NCBI GenBank assembly: GCA_951406725.2 | Contig: OX597832.1 | Coordinates: 29,450,001 to 29,514,000, forward strand | Direction: 5' to 3' | Origin: Octopus vulgaris | Taxonomy: Eukaryota | DNA: 64,000 nucleotides | In this document: positions 62,426 through 64,000 of the stretch, piece after piece | How the letters are laid out: the number at the start of each line of letters is the position of its first letter | How positions within the stretch are numbered: position 1 is the stretch's first letter | Position numbers and translations under genes: made by a program | The notes under the pieces: generated by a model | Told to the model about the DNA's origin: nothing | The model's database searches: none | The model's input: the letters and a program-made list of their open reading frames with translations, nothing else

Positions 62426-64000
62426 TGATGATTACCCTGATAATAAATAACAAATATTCATTTTATTATTTTCATCATATCAACAAATTGTGAGTTTCTA
62501 AAAACTACAAAACACTGGCAATCCTGTTCTTTCTCTTGTTGAACTCTAAAACATTCTAATTATAGTCTGGTGTCCTTCTACAATGGAGTATAGGTCTATA
62601 GACACACACACAAAAACTCGGTGTCATTGTGTCTCCGTGCGACATCTGTTTAGTTTGTCAACATAAAAGAAGTGACAGCACGCTTCTACTGCATTGGCTC
62701 TTGGCTCACAAAATGAAACACCAATCGCAGTCGGTCTGTAAACAACATCAAACAACATAACAATGGTTGAGAGTGGAGACAAAATGGCTTCTGCTTCTGA
62801 GATTTAATTAAATCTGATATAAATCAGGAAATAATTTGATGAAACTAATCAAGTAATGAGAAAGAATAAACAAACCAAAACACAAAAGTGAACGGAGATT
62901 AAAGATTAAGAGGACAGTTTGTAATTTGATGCAAATAAATTAATTATTTGATTAAGTGACCTATGCAGAAAGGTTAATTATGGTTGAATTGCATAAAGTA
63001 GGGTACTGATGCACTTAGGGAAGGGACCAGAATTTGAACAAAGCTGACCATGGCAATAAGGGAACACTTGACCAATCACAGTAAAGGAGCCACAATATGG
63101 TTGCTCAACCAGCTAGAAATAGCAATCAAATATTTTTCAAATTATATCATACAGTCATAGAAAATAAGGACACTGAATAATGCAGTCGGAAAAAAAAAGG
63201 AGGGTGGTCATGGTTGGATATATTTGATCACAGGTTTACTTGATCACAGTCAACCTTGGGCTAAACAAAAGCAAGAAAATATATATTAGATAACACAGTA
63301 CTGGATTCCCTTTAAAAAAAAAGGAAAAAGACATGAGGTTCATTGATGGAATGTCTTTGATCATAGGTCTGCTGGATCAGCAGTGACCTTGGGCCAAACA
63401 GAGGCAACCCTATTTCACAGAAACCTCACTAGGGCTACACCACAACCCTTGCAACAACACAGCTTAAGACACTTGAAAGGCAAATAACATCCCATAATCC
63501 ACAGTCGTAGGACATAGCCAATAAAATAGCATCTTGATGTCATGTGACATTGGGAAATCAGTTTGGAAGAACTCAGTCATCGCCAAAGCTACAGAAGAGA
63601 CACCTACAAGGATTCTGATAATTCTTTTGATCAGAAATCAATAACAAGCTTCAGAATGCCAAACCACCAGGTTCTATTGTCTGTTTTCCCTTCCTAATGC
63701 CAACCCCTTTACAGAGTGTGCTGGGTGCTTTTTTACACAGCACCACCACCCACACCAATATTTTTTACAGGGCACCTTAGTTTGGGGATCTCAATTCTGT
63801 TGTGATGGGTATCACCCTTGTTGAATAGATTTTAAATAATATTTCGGCTGGGAAAGAAACAATGGACCTAGAGTCTTTGTAGTCCCTCCCACACTGAAGA
63901 TAAATGTTGGAGCCCATAATCCAGGATCCCTGGTTTGTTTACATTGTCCAAGACTCTTTATTTCACATTTGTTTCTTCATTATAAAGGAAAACATTTTAA

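Overview
AT-rich, extremely repeat-dense eukaryotic genomic DNA. The repeat repertoire resembles what I recall from Octopus (coleoid cephalopod) genomes; that assignment is recognition, not a search result. No complete protein-coding gene, rRNA, tRNA gene or CRISPR array is supportable, and the long ORFs are translations of (TA)/(CA)/(TACA)/(GA) microsatellites or SINEs. The window holds three tRNA-headed SINE families (my labels A, B, D), many 5'-truncated RTE-type LINE 3' ends with (GAT)n tails (family C), a dispersed ~200-bp family with (CAA)n tails (E) and a structured ~190-bp element in (GTT)n tracts (F). It also holds decayed RTE and CR1/L2-like ORF2 remnants, piggyBac-, hAT-, mariner- and Helitron-like non-autonomous elements, a 290-bp foldback and several minisatellites. 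It looks like part of a very long intron or a gene desert. Best leads: (1) a textbook recursive-splicing ratchet point on the minus strand at 44936/44935 (branch point, pyrimidine tract, AG|GTAAGT) with a second GTAAGT donor defining a 38-nt cryptic exon; (2) a SINE trimer inside one 17-bp TSD, hinting at a multimeric or circular RNA template; (3) a chimeric SINE-unique-SINE insert inside a 21-bp TSD; (4) the structured F element; (5) Penelope-type hammerhead relics; (6) a five-unit perfect heat-shock element. Coordinates were read by eye and repeat boundaries are approximate.
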